A stretch of 33,000 nt of DNA from Heteronotia binoei (lineage: Eukaryota). The stretch is taken from positions 94,457,001 to 94,490,000 of the forward strand of contig NC_083230.1 in assembly GCF_032191835.1 (NCBI RefSeq), given 5' to 3'. The translations under genes were made by a program, and so were the position numbers. The notes beneath the pieces are model-generated. The model made no database searches. It worked only from the letters and a program-made list of their open reading frames with translations, and had not been told where the DNA came from. Shown one piece after another: positions 32,259 through 33,000 of this stretch (its first letter is position 1; the number at the start of each line of letters is the position of its first letter).

Positions 32259-32451
32259 CTGGGCGTTTTTTAGCAGGGATGCACAGGAACACAGTTCCGG
32301 CTGGCTTGGTATCAAGGGGCGTGGCCTAATATGCAAATGAGTTCATCCTGGGCTTTTTCTACAAAGACCATGTGTGAAATAATGACACCAGGGGGGGTGT
32401 TCTAATATGCAAATGAGTTCCTGCTGAGCCTTTTCTACAAAAAAAGCCCTG
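32259..32451. mobile_element. Family D MITE, possibly part of a longer element ending ~32589
   Basis: Aligns to 18222-18411; ends AAAAAAAGCCCTG; a third related unit follows at ~32515-32589; no clear TSD. Confidence 0.7.
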
Positions 32452-33000
32452 ATAGTTATAATTCAAGAAGCATTTTAAGGTAGATGCTGAGTTGATCTAA
32501 TTTAGTACACTTTCCGGTGATGTCCGGGGTGTGTGACATATGCAAATGAGTTAAGCAAATAAGGTGTGCTAATGAGCTCTGGGACCTCTTTTCTACTAAA
32601 TAACCCCTGAGGCTAACCTACCTCACAGGGCTGTTGTTAGCAGAACAGAATGGAGGAGAACTATATACACTGCCCTGGGTGTCTTGAAGGCAGAATTGTG
32701 GTCTAAAAATGCACGCAGTAAATAAAGAAATAGTTAAAAAAAATGCATAGGGAGAAAATGTGGTTCAAGGAAATCGTCTGAAAATAAAGCCCCAGGGGTT
32801 TGATTTGCACAAGAGAGAAATGAAATCAAAATGGGAGTTTTCAGCGCAAAGCATCAGAAATGAGAAATTCTAAATTATCCCTCTCATAAGTTTCCAAAGA
32901 GTTCAGAGCACAGACTGAAAGCCATGGTTGCAAAAAGGCATTATTATCTTTGCTTGATATTTAAAATATACAGGGGTGGCAGTACACTTTGCCATTTCAG

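Larger units (their letters stand above)
31550..32690 (+). mobile_element. SINE split by family A and family D insertions
   Basis: gagagccag...ctcgagttctaaatcct[MITE]gaagctcactgagtgaccttaggccagtca...[insert]...cctacctcacagggctgttg. Confidence 0.5.

Overview
Eukaryotic, essentially non-coding DNA, most likely an intron or intergenic region of a squamate reptile. The repeat repertoire looks gecko-like; this is inferred from repeat motifs, not from a search. One 128-N scaffold gap lies at 8117-8244. No protein-coding gene can be identified with confidence: the listed ORFs are short and mostly come from repeats or chance. The window is dominated by non-autonomous hAT-type DNA transposons (MITEs) with at least five terminal-inverted-repeat (TIR) types; many have readable 8-bp target-site duplications (TSDs) and several are nested. 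It also holds 5S-rRNA-derived and tRNA-Ala-derived SINEs, L2 and CR1 LINE fragments and Penelope-like remnants. Points of interest: a fully resolvable MITE-in-MITE nest with two perfect TSDs; a young MITE family whose four intact copies all sit inside other repeats; a probable locally templated 22-bp insertion in an L2 relic; an exact 153-bp tandem duplication; an exon-like segment containing a long hairpin; octamer-bearing MITEs; and a few non-repeat, CpG-retaining islands that may be exons or enhancers. I see no convincing evidence for a wholly new biological system. Family names A-F are working labels for this window only.
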